Assembly: GCA_963719315.1 (NCBI GenBank)
Contig: CAVRBU010000004.1
Span: forward strand, 416,001-480,000
DNA from: an uncultured Planctomycetota bacterium
Lineage (GTDB): Bacteria; Planctomycetota; Planctomycetia; Pirellulales; Lacipirellulaceae
Direction: 5' to 3'
DNA length: 64,000 bases
The notes beneath the pieces were generated by a model, which ran no database searches, was not told the origin of the DNA, and worked only from the letters and a program-made list of their open reading frames with translations. Both the position numbers and the translations under genes were made by a program. This document shows, in pieces, positions 49,555 through 60,567 of this stretch (its first letter is position 1; every line of letters begins with the position of its first letter).

Positions 49555-51057
49555 ATGCGACGATCCGCGGCATATTCATCGTTGCTCGTGGGGGTTTGCG
49601 TTCTGCTCGCGCCAGGCGCGGCCCGCGCGTTCATCCTCAATCCGACCGACCCCGACCCGTGGCTGTCGACCGCTTCCGGTTCACGGCCGAACGGCAACGG
49701 CACTCCGGCGACAATCACTTGGAGCATCGTGCCGGACGGCACCAAACTGACGAAAGCCTCGGGAATCGGCAGTTCGACGAGCAATTTGATCTCGTTCATG
49801 AACACGACCTTCGGCGGCAACCCCGCGCAAACGAACTTGACGCTGCAGCCGTGGTTCCATTTGTTTACTGATTCGTTGGGCCGATGGGCGCAGTTGGGCG
49901 GCGTCAACTATGTCTATGAGCCGCACGACGACAAAGTTCTGCTTCCCAGCTCCAACGGGCTGCTCGGCGTGCGCGGCGATATTCGCATCGGCGGCTACAA
50001 CATCGACGGGGCCAGCGGCACGCTGGCGTTTACTTATCTCCCGCCCAGCGGCAGCGATATGGTCATCGACACGGGGGATGGCACCTTCTTCAGCGACCCG
50101 ACGACGAACCACATCAATCTCCGAAATACCGTGATGCACGAACTCGGGCACAGCTTCGGACTGGAGCATGTGGCTTCGACCACCAGCAACTTGTTGATGG
50201 AGCCGATCATCGATACGTCGTTCGACGGCCCGCAACTCGACGAGGTCCGCGGCGTACAGTTCTTCTTCGGCGACGCGAACGAGAAATCGAACGGTGGGGC
50301 CGGGAACAACACGCCAGCGCATGCCACCAGCTTGGGCGCGATTTCGCCCGGCGGCACGAAGACGATCGGCGCGGCGGCCAACATTGCCACGCAAGCGATC
50401 AGCGCGACGGCGACCGATTTCGTGAGCATCAGCAACGCGAACGACATCGACTATTACTCCTTCTCGGTCGCGGGGCCGACGACGCTGGCGGCCACGCTCA
50501 CGCCGCGCGGGGGCGTCTTTACGCAAGGCTCGGCCGACGACAATGAGATTCCGACATCCTTCAATGCCAACGCGCGTAGCGATTTGGCCCTCACGCTGTT
50601 TTCGACCAACGGCACAACGACGCTGGCGACGGCCAACTCGAACCCGGCAGGCGTCGTGGAATCGATCGCCAATCTGCTGCTGCCGACGGCCGGCACGTAT
50701 TTCGCACAGATCACCGGGGCAGACGACACGATTCAGTTGTACCAACTGTCCCTCACGGCAACGCCGATCCTGCTCGGCGACTACAACCAGGACGGCGTCG
50801 TCGACGCGGCCGACTACGTCGTGTGGCGCAACTCGCAAGGCGAATCGGTGGCCACCGGCACCGGCGCGGACGGCAGCTTCGACGGACAAATCACGTCCGC
50901 CGACTACACCGTTTGGCGCGCTCACTTTGGGCAATCGTCGGGCGCCGGAGCGGGCGGTGGAAGTGGGTTATCGGAGGCCGCGGTGCCGGAGCCGGCGACG
51001 AGTTCGCTGTTGCTGTTCGCCCTGTCGACAATCGCGCTTGGTTGGCGGCGGCGGTGA
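49555..51057 (+). CDS. Matrixin-like (M10) metalloprotease with PPC-like, dockerin-like and PEP-CTERM modules
   Basis: HELGHSFGLEH plus Met-turn LMEP; D.DYYSF; GDYNQDG; VPEP. Confidence 0.9.
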   Translation: MRRSAAYSSLLVGVCVLLAPGAARAFILNPTDPDPWLSTASGSRPNGNGTPATITWSIVPDGTKLTKASGIGSSTSNLISFMNTTFGGNPAQTNLTLQPWFHLFTDSLGRWAQLGGVNYVYEPHDDKVLLPSSNGLLGVRGDIRIGGYNIDGASGTLAFTYLPPSGSDMVIDTGDGTFFSDPTTNHINLRNTVMHELGHSFGLEHVASTTSNLLMEPIIDTSFDGPQLDEVRGVQFFFGDANEKSNGGAGNNTPAHATSLGAISPGGTKTIGAAANIATQAISATATDFVSISNANDIDYYSFSVAGPTTLAATLTPRGGVFTQGSADDNEIPTSFNANARSDLALTLFSTNGTTTLATANSNPAGVVESIANLLLPTAGTYFAQITGADDTIQLYQLSLTATPILLGDYNQDGVVDAADYVVWRNSQGESVATGTGADGSFDGQITSADYTVWRAHFGQSSGAGAGGGSGLSEAAVPEPATSSLLLFALSTIALGWRRR

Positions 51058-51113
51058 TTCGCGACGGCCACGTGCCACGCCGGATTCAGCGGCAATTCTG
51101 GCCCAAGGCGACC

Positions 51114-51142
51114 GGCCCGCACATTCCGGCGGGCTTTATTTT
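51114..51142 (+). terminator. Probable intrinsic terminator
   Basis: GCCCGC-8 nt-GCGGGC followed by TTTATTTT. Confidence 0.55.
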
Positions 51143-51308
51143 GCCATTCTCGAACGATTTGTTTTGCTTACGACGGGGCTATTGGCTAGAATCAAACGCG
51201 CCTTCTCCAGCCGGAGATTGTCGCCTGCCTTTTCTAGTCGGGGAGGGTCGCCGCGGCAACCGGCCTCTCATCCGCCGATCGTGGCGTCCTCACTATGGAG
51301 GGCCGGTC

Positions 51309-54300
51309 GTGATTTCCCTAGCCGCTCGAATTCGTCTCAGACTCGCGGCTTTTTCGCTTGTGGCACTTCTTTGCTCCGAGGTCCAGGCCCTCAACATTTG
51401 GGACGGCGGCGGCAGCAACGACAATTGGACCACCGGAGCGAACTGGTTCGGGTTCATGAGCCCCGGCACCGCGCCTCCCAACAACGGAACGGCAGATATC
51501 GTATTTCCGGCCTCGGGCGGGCTCGTGCAAACGCCCATCGTCAATGTTCCTTACAGCATCAAATCGTTGACGTTTGGTGATGGCGACGGGCGATTCGTGA
51601 TCCTTGGGGCCGAGGAGCTGACAATCGGCACCGGCGGCATCACCAATAATGATGCGGACATTCAATTCGTGATTGGCCCGGTGAAGCTGTCCGCCAACCA
51701 GACGTGGAACGCTGCCGCCGGCCCGCTGCAGATGGACGCCGTCAACTTGAACAGCTTCCACCTAGTCCTTTCTCCCGCATCGCCGATTGACCTGCCCGGC
51801 GCAATCGTCGGCAGCGGCGAAATAGAGATTACGTTCAATCCATCCACGGTGACCATGTCCGAGGGAACCAGCAACACGTATTCCGGCGCCACCACAGTCC
51901 GAACCGGCACGCTCGTACTGCAAAAAAGTGGCGGCGCGACGGCTGTGCCGAGGAATTTATTCATCGGCAGCGGCGCGACTGTGCGACTAGGCGCGAACGA
52001 GCAGATTTCGCACGCGCCTGGCAACGTCGTTTCGCTAGGCGGCTTCGGTGCACTCTTGGACCTTAACAACCACACGGAGACAATTGCATCCCTCGAAGTT
52101 GGCAATAATGGCAGCGTCACGGTCGGCACTGGATTTCTGGGTTTGCTGAAGATCGGCGAAAGTCTTCAGGTGGTCAACGACGGAACTATCACTGGAAACC
52201 TTAGCCTGGGCGATGTTACAGCGACGGTTGCGTCCGGTGGAGAGATTACTGCCACCAGCACGGTCACTATCGGCGAAGTGGGCAATGGATCGCTCGATAT
52301 CAGCACCGGTGGCCACGTGAGCGATTACGACGGCACAATCGGCAATCAATCCGGGTCGACTGGCGCGGTTACTGTCGATGGCGCCAGCGCGAGTTGGACC
52401 AACAACGGACTCCTGTACGTTGGCTACGAGGGCTCCGGCACGCTCAACATTCTGGCCGGCGCAGACGTCTTCGCTGGCGCTGGCGGTGTTGCCCACAGTT
52501 CTGTCGGCAGGAGAAACGGTTCTTCGGGCGTGGTCACAGTTAACGGCATGGGGTCGACTTGGAGTACGACCGGAGAACTTACAATTGGTTACGACAATAG
52601 CACGGGTGGCGGCGGCACCGCCACGGTCAATATCGAGAATAATGCTGCCGTCACCGTCGGCAATGGAACGCATGTCGGTCGCACCAGCCAGATCAACGTG
52701 AGCAGCGGCGGCTCGTTCGACACCAACGGACCTCTGACGATCGACGGTGGCTCGTTGACGGCCGACACAAGTGCCACCGTTGAGATTGGCGGGGGGATCA
52801 TGCAAAACGGCGCGACCGTCACGCTGCAGAACCAATCGGAGCTCACCGAGACCAGTTCGTTCTCTATGCAAAGCGGCGTCGTGATGCATGTGAATTCTGG
52901 TGCCCTCTATAACACAAGCTTCACCGTTGTCGGCACGACGCCAGGTCCTGCAGCCGAGTTGATCATTGACGGCACCGATACGCGTGTAACTTCTACGTCT
53001 TGCTGCATTGACGTTGGCAATGGAGGCACGGGCATCATGACCGTCACTGGCGGTGCGCGCGTCGAGACGCCCACTGGCGCTATCGGCAGCTTTGGTCCCG
53101 GCTCCGTCGGAACGGTAATCCTGGACGGGACGGATGTCGACGGAAACCCGTCGACCTGGTCCATCTCCGAATTGAATATGGGATTGCACGCCACGAGCCA
53201 AGGAACGCTCCGGGTTCGAAATGGCGCACTCTTTCGTACGACGTCGCCGATATCCGGCCTGAACGTGGGCACTCCTGGCACCGCATCGGTGTTTGTCGAC
53301 GGATCCGCTGGATCGGGAAATCCATCCCTATTGGACGTGAGTGTCTTGCGGATCGGCACGAGTCCTAGCTACGGAAACGGAGCGGGCGACGTGACGGCCT
53401 CAAACGGCGGCAGAATTCAAACCGGAAACCTGGAGTTGGCGCCCACGGGCGGATCGGCCCAGCTGACGATTAGGGATCCCGACTCGACGCTCGTTCAAAG
53501 TGGCGCATCGACCATCACCGTGGGCCATGCCACGGAGGGTATGGCGGCGCTCAACGTTCAGAATGACGGCACTTTTATCACCGGTACCGGAGCGGTGAAC
53601 GTCAATGCCACGGGGCGGGTCAATCTCGAATCCGGCGCGGTCTTTGATGCCCACGGACCGATTAATATGAACGGCGGGCAATTCAATTTCCTGGGCGGCA
53701 CGCTTCACGTCGACAATTTCAACGGCAATCTGCTCAATCAAGGAGGCACACTCGCGCCCGGCCATTCCGCCGGCGCGACGGCTATTTCCGGTAACTACAC
53801 CCAACTCGCCGCCGCTACGCTCCAGATCGAAATCGGTGGCGTGCTTCCGGGCGAGTGGGACACGCTCACCGGCGCCGGCAACGCGATTTTGGCTGGCACG
53901 ATTAAAGTCGTGCTGCTCAATGGTTTTCAGCCGGTCCTCGGCAATTCCTTTACGATCATCACGACAAACGTTGGCAATGTCGGCGGCCAGTTCGACATGG
54001 AATTGCTCCCAATATCCAATGGCTTGACCTTCGACGTGATCTACAATCCGAAAAGCGTTGTCCTTCAGGTAATCGAGGTCACCACGCTGCCCGGGGACTA
54101 CAACCACAACGGCGTCGTCGACGCGGCCGACTACGTCGTGTGGCGCAAGGGGCTGGGTACGAGTTACACGCAGAGCGACTACGACATCTGGCGATCGCAC
54201 TTCGGGCAAACCGCCGGTTCGGGCGGCGGCGGATTGGGCGGCGGCGAGGCGTTTGCGACAACCTCCGCCGTGCCGGAGCCAGCGTCATGGTTGATGCTGC

Positions 54301-54344
54301 TGATCGTCGCGATGACGGTCGCCGTCGCGAAGCGGCGCAAATAG
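51309..54344 (+). CDS. PEP-CTERM protein with autotransporter-associated beta-strand and T5SS/PEP-CTERM-type repeats
   Basis: GGAGG RBS; NTYSGATTVRTGTL; IG...G.G.VTVDG..S.W repeats; PGDYN; VPEP. Confidence 0.92.
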   Translation: MISLAARIRLRLAAFSLVALLCSEVQALNIWDGGGSNDNWTTGANWFGFMSPGTAPPNNGTADIVFPASGGLVQTPIVNVPYSIKSLTFGDGDGRFVILGAEELTIGTGGITNNDADIQFVIGPVKLSANQTWNAAAGPLQMDAVNLNSFHLVLSPASPIDLPGAIVGSGEIEITFNPSTVTMSEGTSNTYSGATTVRTGTLVLQKSGGATAVPRNLFIGSGATVRLGANEQISHAPGNVVSLGGFGALLDLNNHTETIASLEVGNNGSVTVGTGFLGLLKIGESLQVVNDGTITGNLSLGDVTATVASGGEITATSTVTIGEVGNGSLDISTGGHVSDYDGTIGNQSGSTGAVTVDGASASWTNNGLLYVGYEGSGTLNILAGADVFAGAGGVAHSSVGRRNGSSGVVTVNGMGSTWSTTGELTIGYDNSTGGGGTATVNIENNAAVTVGNGTHVGRTSQINVSSGGSFDTNGPLTIDGGSLTADTSATVEIGGGIMQNGATVTLQNQSELTETSSFSMQSGVVMHVNSGALYNTSFTVVGTTPGPAAELIIDGTDTRVTSTSCCIDVGNGGTGIMTVTGGARVETPTGAIGSFGPGSVGTVILDGTDVDGNPSTWSISELNMGLHATSQGTLRVRNGALFRTTSPISGLNVGTPGTASVFVDGSAGSGNPSLLDVSVLRIGTSPSYGNGAGDVTASNGGRIQTGNLELAPTGGSAQLTIRDPDSTLVQSGASTITVGHATEGMAALNVQNDGTFITGTGAVNVNATGRVNLESGAVFDAHGPINMNGGQFNFLGGTLHVDNFNGNLLNQGGTLAPGHSAGATAISGNYTQLAAATLQIEIGGVLPGEWDTLTGAGNAILAGTIKVVLLNGFQPVLGNSFTIITTNVGNVGGQFDMELLPISNGLTFDVIYNPKSVVLQVIEVTTLPGDYNHNGVVDAADYVVWRKGLGTSYTQSDYDIWRSHFGQTAGSGGGGLGGGEAFATTSAVPEPASWLMLLIVAMTVAVAKRRK

Positions 54345-54708
54345 CCCCATTGGGGCCGGATCACGCCCAATTCTTTTTTAATCTCAACACGCCCGCCGCC
54401 AATTCGCGACATACTTACCGATCGGGCGATTTTTTGGGTTGTTTATGACTCTAGCCGGGAGTAGGGTGCGATCTGATGAGCGCGTGACCCCGCGATGGGC
54501 GCCGCCGCGTTTCACTTCGTCAGGAGACTCTTCCGCCGCCACGCCGTGCGGCACGGCACCACACAATTCAGAACTTGGGAGCACATCAGCGACTCACCTT
54601 TGTCTGCGTGGCCAGCGCATTCTTGCGCACGGTCGCCGTTACGTTGATCGTGCCCCTCGTCATAACGCCGCGAGCACAAGCGGTCGACTATTTGCAGGAC
54701 GGAGAACC

Positions 54709-55965
54709 ATGAACCGGCGTAACCCTGATCGATGCGACTGTACGACGCCCTACCGGAAGTCGTTGACAAGAGCGGCCACTGTGTTTGCGGCGGCTGGCGT
54801 AGCGCTCGCGTGTGGGACGACCGGCCCAGTTGCGTTTGCCGTTGAGATCATGGCCGCCGCCCAGGTGCTTGCCGAAACCGATCTAGGCCTTTTCAATGAA
54901 ATTGACAGCCATACCGTCCCCGACCCGGTCAGTCCAGTTTCAGCCAGCAAGCAAGGCGGCATCGGTGTTCTGGGTGGTGTCGCGCATGCCACTACGGGGC
55001 TCGGGTGGATCCGGCTCAATGCCTTTTCCGACTCCGTCGTCTCGCCGGTTTACGCAAGCGGATACCTCGATACCCTCGCGGTCGGCGAATTCGTGGACGA
55101 AATCACCATCACTCCCGCCAACCCAGCGCTGCTCAATCAATCGGGCGCGGCCACCTTTGCCTATCATGTGGACGGTTTCGCATCGAGAGGCGAGGGCGGA
55201 AGTGGCGTTCAAGCGGGGGTGAATTCGCCAAACCCTGGTCTTGGTACTCTTTTTGCGAACAACTTCTATGGGGACGCATTCGGCACGTACATCGACGACA
55301 CGCGCCAGTTTACACAACCCGTCACCTTTGGGCAGCCGTTTGAACTTCGCGTCTTTATGTTCGGTCGTGCCCGGGTTGAAGTCAATGGTGCGTTCGACCT
55401 CGCCACGTTCGCCGAGGTCGATCTCGGCAACGCGCTCGAATGGATGGGAGCGCTGGAGGTCGTCGATCAGTCGCAGACGGAAGTAATCGACTACGTCATG
55501 ACGTCGGCCAGTGGGACGGATTACCGAAATGCCATCAACGCCCCGATCGACCCCGAACCGATTCCCGGCGACTACAACGACAACGGCGTGGTCGACGCCG
55601 CCGATTATGTTTTGTGGCGCAAAGGTGGCCCGCTCGCCAATGAAGTCGATAATCCCGGCACGGTAAACGCCGCCGACTACACCGAGTGGAGGGCGCGCTT
55701 CGGAAACCCCGGCAGCGGCAGCGGCTCGGGTGCCACCGCGAATGCCGCCGTGCCAGAGCCGGCGAGCTTGGTGCTGCTGATGTGTGCGGCGGCTGGCTGG
55801 TTTTTCCGGCGACGCCGGGCCACCCCTAGTATGCTCCAACAACTCATTAACGCGGTGGCACTATCAACAATCCACACTCGTGGCACACCCACAGGCTGCT
55901 GGTCACAGACGTGCCGGAACCAATCGGGCACCCGTTTTTTTCGGTACCCGCAAAGTGCGTTGTAA
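54709..55965 (+). CDS. PEP-CTERM protein with dockerin-like module
   Basis: Signal AFA-V; PGDYNDNG; VPEP-TM-RRRR followed by an extension of about 50 aa. Confidence 0.85.
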   Translation: MNRRNPDRCDCTTPYRKSLTRAATVFAAAGVALACGTTGPVAFAVEIMAAAQVLAETDLGLFNEIDSHTVPDPVSPVSASKQGGIGVLGGVAHATTGLGWIRLNAFSDSVVSPVYASGYLDTLAVGEFVDEITITPANPALLNQSGAATFAYHVDGFASRGEGGSGVQAGVNSPNPGLGTLFANNFYGDAFGTYIDDTRQFTQPVTFGQPFELRVFMFGRARVEVNGAFDLATFAEVDLGNALEWMGALEVVDQSQTEVIDYVMTSASGTDYRNAINAPIDPEPIPGDYNDNGVVDAADYVLWRKGGPLANEVDNPGTVNAADYTEWRARFGNPGSGSGSGATANAAVPEPASLVLLMCAAAGWFFRRRRATPSMLQQLINAVALSTIHTRGTPTGCWSQTCRNQSGTRFFRYPQSAL

Positions 55966-56052
55966 AACGGACGTGACTCGCTAGTCTGGAGCAATTGTCG
56001 CCGACGGTGCGGAGCGTAGCCCGTTATTTTACACAAAACCGGAGGACAACCG

Positions 56053-57001
56053 ATGGACTGGCCGACAAAACTCGCAGCCACGGCGACCATCCTTGTCGTG
56101 CCTTTAGGCATGACCACCGCGGCCACGCCGAGTGCAAGGGCAGACCTAATTGCCTACGGACGACGGCGATGTCTTGTGGTTCAGCTTCCTCTTCAATCGC
56201 TCCAGTGATACAGCCCCCGACATCCACTTCTACTTCGTCGGCAACGGCGGCCTGAACAGCGGGATGGGGGTGTTCCTCAACACATCCAACCAAATTGCAG
56301 CGCGGATCAATGCGCAAACCGGCGGGCATATGGTTTTCTCTCTCGGCGAAAATCACTTCGTGGTGGGCCGAATCACATTCTCCAACGACCAGGACGAGGT
56401 ACGATTCTGGCTCGATCCGGAGTTGGATCAGGTCCCGCTTGACACCGCCTCGAATAGCGGCGCGTCGAGCGCGGCAGTGAATCCGGCGAGTTGGAACAAC
56501 GTTTACCTGCGTCATGTCGGTTTAGCGGCACACAAGATCGACGAAATTCGCTTAGAAACAGACTTCTTCTCCGTGGCACCGTCGGTCGCCGCGCGGGAAC
56601 TCCCCGGCGACTACAACGGCAACGGCGTGGTCGACGCGGCCGATTTCATCGTCTGGCGAAAAAACGTCGGCGCCGCAACACTTAACAACCGCGACCCAAA
56701 CGGCATGGGTGTCGTTGGCCCGGCCGACTACGACTTCTGGCGGTCGCACTTCGGGCAAACCGCCGGTTCCGGCGGCGGCGGATTGGGCGGCGGCGATGCG
56801 TTTGCGACAACCTCCGCCGTGCCGGAGCCGAACGCGATTTGGCTCGTCGCAATCGGGGCGGTGGCCGCTTTCTCCAGTAGTGGCGGGCGGCGTTTGTCGC
56901 GATCGAACTTCGCGATTTGCGCAGAAGTTTCTCGCCTCTGCGATTTGCCGCGCACTTGTTCGCGACCTGGTTGCGAAGTTTCTGGTAGAATGATCCGGTA
57001 G
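56053..57001 (+). pseudogene. PEP-CTERM gene with an out-of-frame junction after the signal peptide (probable internal deletion)
   Basis: GGAGGA RBS; MDWPTKLAAT...ARA-DLIAY changes frame near 56158 into DDGDVLWFSF...PGDYN...VPEP. Confidence 0.72.
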
Positions 57002-57036
57002 TGAACAAGTTGGGGCTCCGCGCGCCTGGAACACGA

Positions 57037-59401
57037 ATGCGGCGATTTTCTCGGTTGGTGCTTCTGATTGCCTGTGGGTTCTGGTTCGCAGTGCGCGCAG
57101 GCGGCCGTGAGCTCCGTTTCCGCCTGGGACGCCGCCGACTTTCGCATTTGGGGTTACATCCCCTATTGGGCCACAACGACGCAGATCAATAATTTTGCCA
57201 CGAACGGCATGTACACGCACGTGTCCGACGTGCTGTACTTCGGCGGGTTGCGCCCGGACGCCAGCGGCAACATCACGTACGCGTATTCGTCGTATCAGAC
57301 TCAATTCAACACGATCCGGTCGCAGGCCGCGACGAATGGTTTCAAGCTGCACCTCAGCATGTTCGAAGTGACGAACGGGCAAACGGATGCGACGTGGGAA
57401 TCGATTATCGCGAACCCCGCCTACCGGGCCAATTTCGTCAATCAACTCAAGACGATCATGCAGGGCGGCGCCGGCACGGCCGATGACCTGAAGGGTTTTA
57501 ATTTCGACTGGGAACGGCCGTCGAACGCCACCGAGTGGGGCAACTACACGCAGTTGGCCAGGGAGCTGGGCAACGCGATCCATCCGCTGGGAATGGAAGT
57601 CTCCGTGTGCGACTACGGCTATCCGGATAGCACGTGGGACGACACCGCGCTGTTTGATGCGAATGTCTACGACCAGCTATTCATCATGGGGTACATGTAC
57701 ACGGCCGCGCAAAACAGTTCGTATGCGACTCTGCACGACAATCTAACGGGCCAAGGCCCCAACAAAGCGTTCCACGACAGCCAAATTGCCATCGGCGTGG
57801 GCACCTGGGCCTCGGGGCCGAGCACGATCGGCCTGAGCAGCATCGTCGCGGCCAACCCGAACCTGGCCTACGACGCCGGTTCCTACACGGGCACGATTGG
57901 CAGCAAGTCTGGTACGTGGAGCTTCGAGAGCCGCAAGCAGGTCCGAGAGAAAACGCAAGTTGCGCTCGATCGCAATATGCAGGGCATGTTTAGCTGGACG
58001 CTGCACTACGATCCCACGAACAACCTTGGGTTGAACCGAGTGATGCACCACTACGCGGTGGTGAAACGCAACGCTCCCGACTTGAATCTCGACGGCAAAG
58101 TCAACGCGACCGATGCCACCACGCTGGCCAACAACATGGGCAAATCGTATACGAACACGGGCACGGCGACGGCAGCCCAGTTCGATGCGTTTTATCTGGC
58201 CGGCAACTGGGAGCAGGGCGACCACGACGGCAACGGCTTCGTGAATCAGGCCGACGCCGATTGGCTGGCCGGGCGGTACGCGGCGCTCGGCGTCACACTG
58301 CCCGATCGCTTGGCGTATTCGGGCACGTTCGAAAACTTTTCGAACTCCGTGGGCGTGCTCGGTCGTTGGAAGGCGGGCCGCAACGCCCAAAACAACCTGG
58401 TCGAAACCGGCAACTTCACGCAGAACGGCAGCAACTATTTGAGCTGGAGCGGCGCCGGCGCCGGCGCAACGCGGCGGAGCAATTCGTTTGTCACGCTGCG
58501 CAATCAAAATGCCGCGGAGACGGCGGCTGGCGTCAATTCGCAAGCGCGCACGATGCAAGCCGATTTGTCGACGAATATCGACCTCGGGCAAGATCAAGAC
58601 ACTTACGTGACGTTTCTGGTACGGGAAAACACGGCGACCCTATCCGCGGCGCAACTGGCGTCGGCCAATCGGACGTTGTCGCTCGACTTTTTGAATAGCT
58701 CGGGCGGCACACAATTCAATTTTGAATTCTGCGGCTTGCAGCAGCAGTTTGGGATCAACAGCGTGGCGGATACGACCGGGCAGGACGTGATTTCGGCCGG
58801 CAGATTCGCAGCCAACGCAACGTATTTGTTCGTCGGCAAGATTTCCGGCAACGGCAGCGGAGCGAACCAGTTACAGGCGTCCCTCTTTGCCAATGGGGCG
58901 ATCGTCGCGGATTTCACTAACCCGGAATTCCCATGGATGCTCACGGCTCAAGGCAGCGCGAACTACAACCCGATTATCACCGATCTGCAATTAACAAACA
59001 GTGCGGAAGCCAACTATACCGCTAGCAACGTGTGGATCGGCAATGCGGCCGCCATCGTGCCCCCGACGCTTACGTCGCAGGGCGACTTCAACCAAGACGG
59101 CGTCGTGGATAGCCGCGACTACGTTCAGTGGCGAAACTCAATGGGGCAGACAGGCACGGCCCTGGCGGCCGACGGGAACGGCAACAACCAAATAGAGATG
59201 GGCGACTACAATGTCTGGCGCGCACATTTTGGCCAGGCGGTCTTGGCAAGCGGCGAAGCACTAGGTCCGGCCGCCGCCGTTCCGGAGCCGGCGACGCTGC
59301 TGCTGGCATTCGCCGGAGGATTTACGGGACTGGCAGTGGCCCGCGGCCGCAGAGTTAAGGTTTTCGCAATGAAGCGATGCTTGGGGACGAGAGTTTCATG
59401 A
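57037..59401 (+). CDS. GH18-like hydrolase with dockerin-like modules and PEP-CTERM, frameshifted near 57093
   Basis: Signal peptide in another frame; WGYIPYW, KGFNFDWE, IMGY, GMFSW; VPEP. Confidence 0.82.
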
Positions 59402-60525
59402 TGGTATCGCTGGGGCCAAGTGCCGCATGGGCACGCATAATTCGGCGGCAATTGCCGGCGGCCTTCGGCGCGCTAGCGGTCCTCTGCTGCACGATGCCTG
59501 TCGGCGCAGTCACGTACATCCAGGGCATCGACGTGTACAGCGGCGACGGCGTCGTGAATTGGACGACCGTGAAAAACGGCGGCTACCAATTCGCGTTTGT
59601 GAAAGCGACCGAGGGTGTCAATTTCGTCGATTCCAAGTTTGCGGCGAACATGCAAAACGCCCACAACGCTGGCGTGTACGTCGGGCCGTATCATTTCTGT
59701 CGTGTGGACAGCAAGAATGGCGTGCCGTTTACGAGCTACAATGGCCAGCCGTTCGCGGTCGGCTCCGATCCGTGGCTGGACGCGACCAGCGAAGCGGTGG
59801 ACTTCATCGAGGCGATCCGGCCGTATTATTTGTCGGGGAGTTACTTGCCGCCGGTCGCGGATGTCGAAGGTTTGCCCGATTTCAACAGTACGTCGCTCGA
59901 AAAAACCTTCATTTCCAATTGGGTGCAATTGTTTTCCGATACGGTCAATGCAGCGCTGGGCGTGCGGCCGATGATTTACACCAGCAAGTCGGGGGCGAAC
60001 ACGTACTACACGCCATCCGTGGCCGGGTCTCATAAGTTGTGGGAAGCCTGGTGGAAGGGGACGGGCACGACCTCGCCGCCGCTGCCATCGGACACGCCTC
60101 TTTGGAACCCATGGACGTTCTGGCAATGGTCGGCAACGGGAAGCGTCGCCGGCGTGCCCGGAAGCGGCGCCAATCATGACTGCGACAAGGACGTGTTCTA
60201 CGGAACAGCGTCGCAACTCACTTCGCTACTCGTGCATAACGTGCCGGGCGACTACAACCACAATGGCGTGGTCGATATGGGCGACTACGTGGTATGGCGC
60301 AACACAATGGGTTCCACGGTGAACCTCGGCGCCGACGGGAACGGCAACAGCATCATCGATTCGGGCGATTTCAGTTTCTGGCGCGCCCGCTTTGGCCAAA
60401 CCGCCGGCAGCGGTAGCTCGTTGGAAGGCTTTCTTTCGGAAGGTCCCGTGCCGGAACCAGCGAGTTCGGTGATGTTCGTGGTGGGATTTGCAATGGGCGT
60501 GGCGTTGCGGCGGCGCCGCGACTAG
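59398..60525 (+). CDS. GH25 lysozyme with dockerin-like module and PEP-CTERM
   Basis: GIDV, FVKATEG, YHF, PVADVE, WTFWQW; ATGA overlap with the upstream gene. Confidence 0.92.
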   Translation: MMVSLGPSAAWARIIRRQLPAAFGALAVLCCTMPVGAVTYIQGIDVYSGDGVVNWTTVKNGGYQFAFVKATEGVNFVDSKFAANMQNAHNAGVYVGPYHFCRVDSKNGVPFTSYNGQPFAVGSDPWLDATSEAVDFIEAIRPYYLSGSYLPPVADVEGLPDFNSTSLEKTFISNWVQLFSDTVNAALGVRPMIYTSKSGANTYYTPSVAGSHKLWEAWWKGTGTTSPPLPSDTPLWNPWTFWQWSATGSVAGVPGSGANHDCDKDVFYGTASQLTSLLVHNVPGDYNHNGVVDMGDYVVWRNTMGSTVNLGADGNGNSIIDSGDFSFWRARFGQTAGSGSSLEGFLSEGPVPEPASSVMFVVGFAMGVALRRRRD

Positions 60526-60567
60526 TGAGAGACGAAAAAAACACGCACCACAAATGTGAGACGCGCC

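Noticed and set aside
50823..51308. N-terminal 162 aa of the 1173-aa ORF
   Set aside because: It overlaps the protease gene and a terminator; the RBS and signal peptide indicate a start at 51309.
48440..60470. Repeated dockerin-like tails as template/variable repeats of a diversity-generating retroelement
   Set aside because: No reverse transcriptase is present, and the differences between copies are not adenine-specific.
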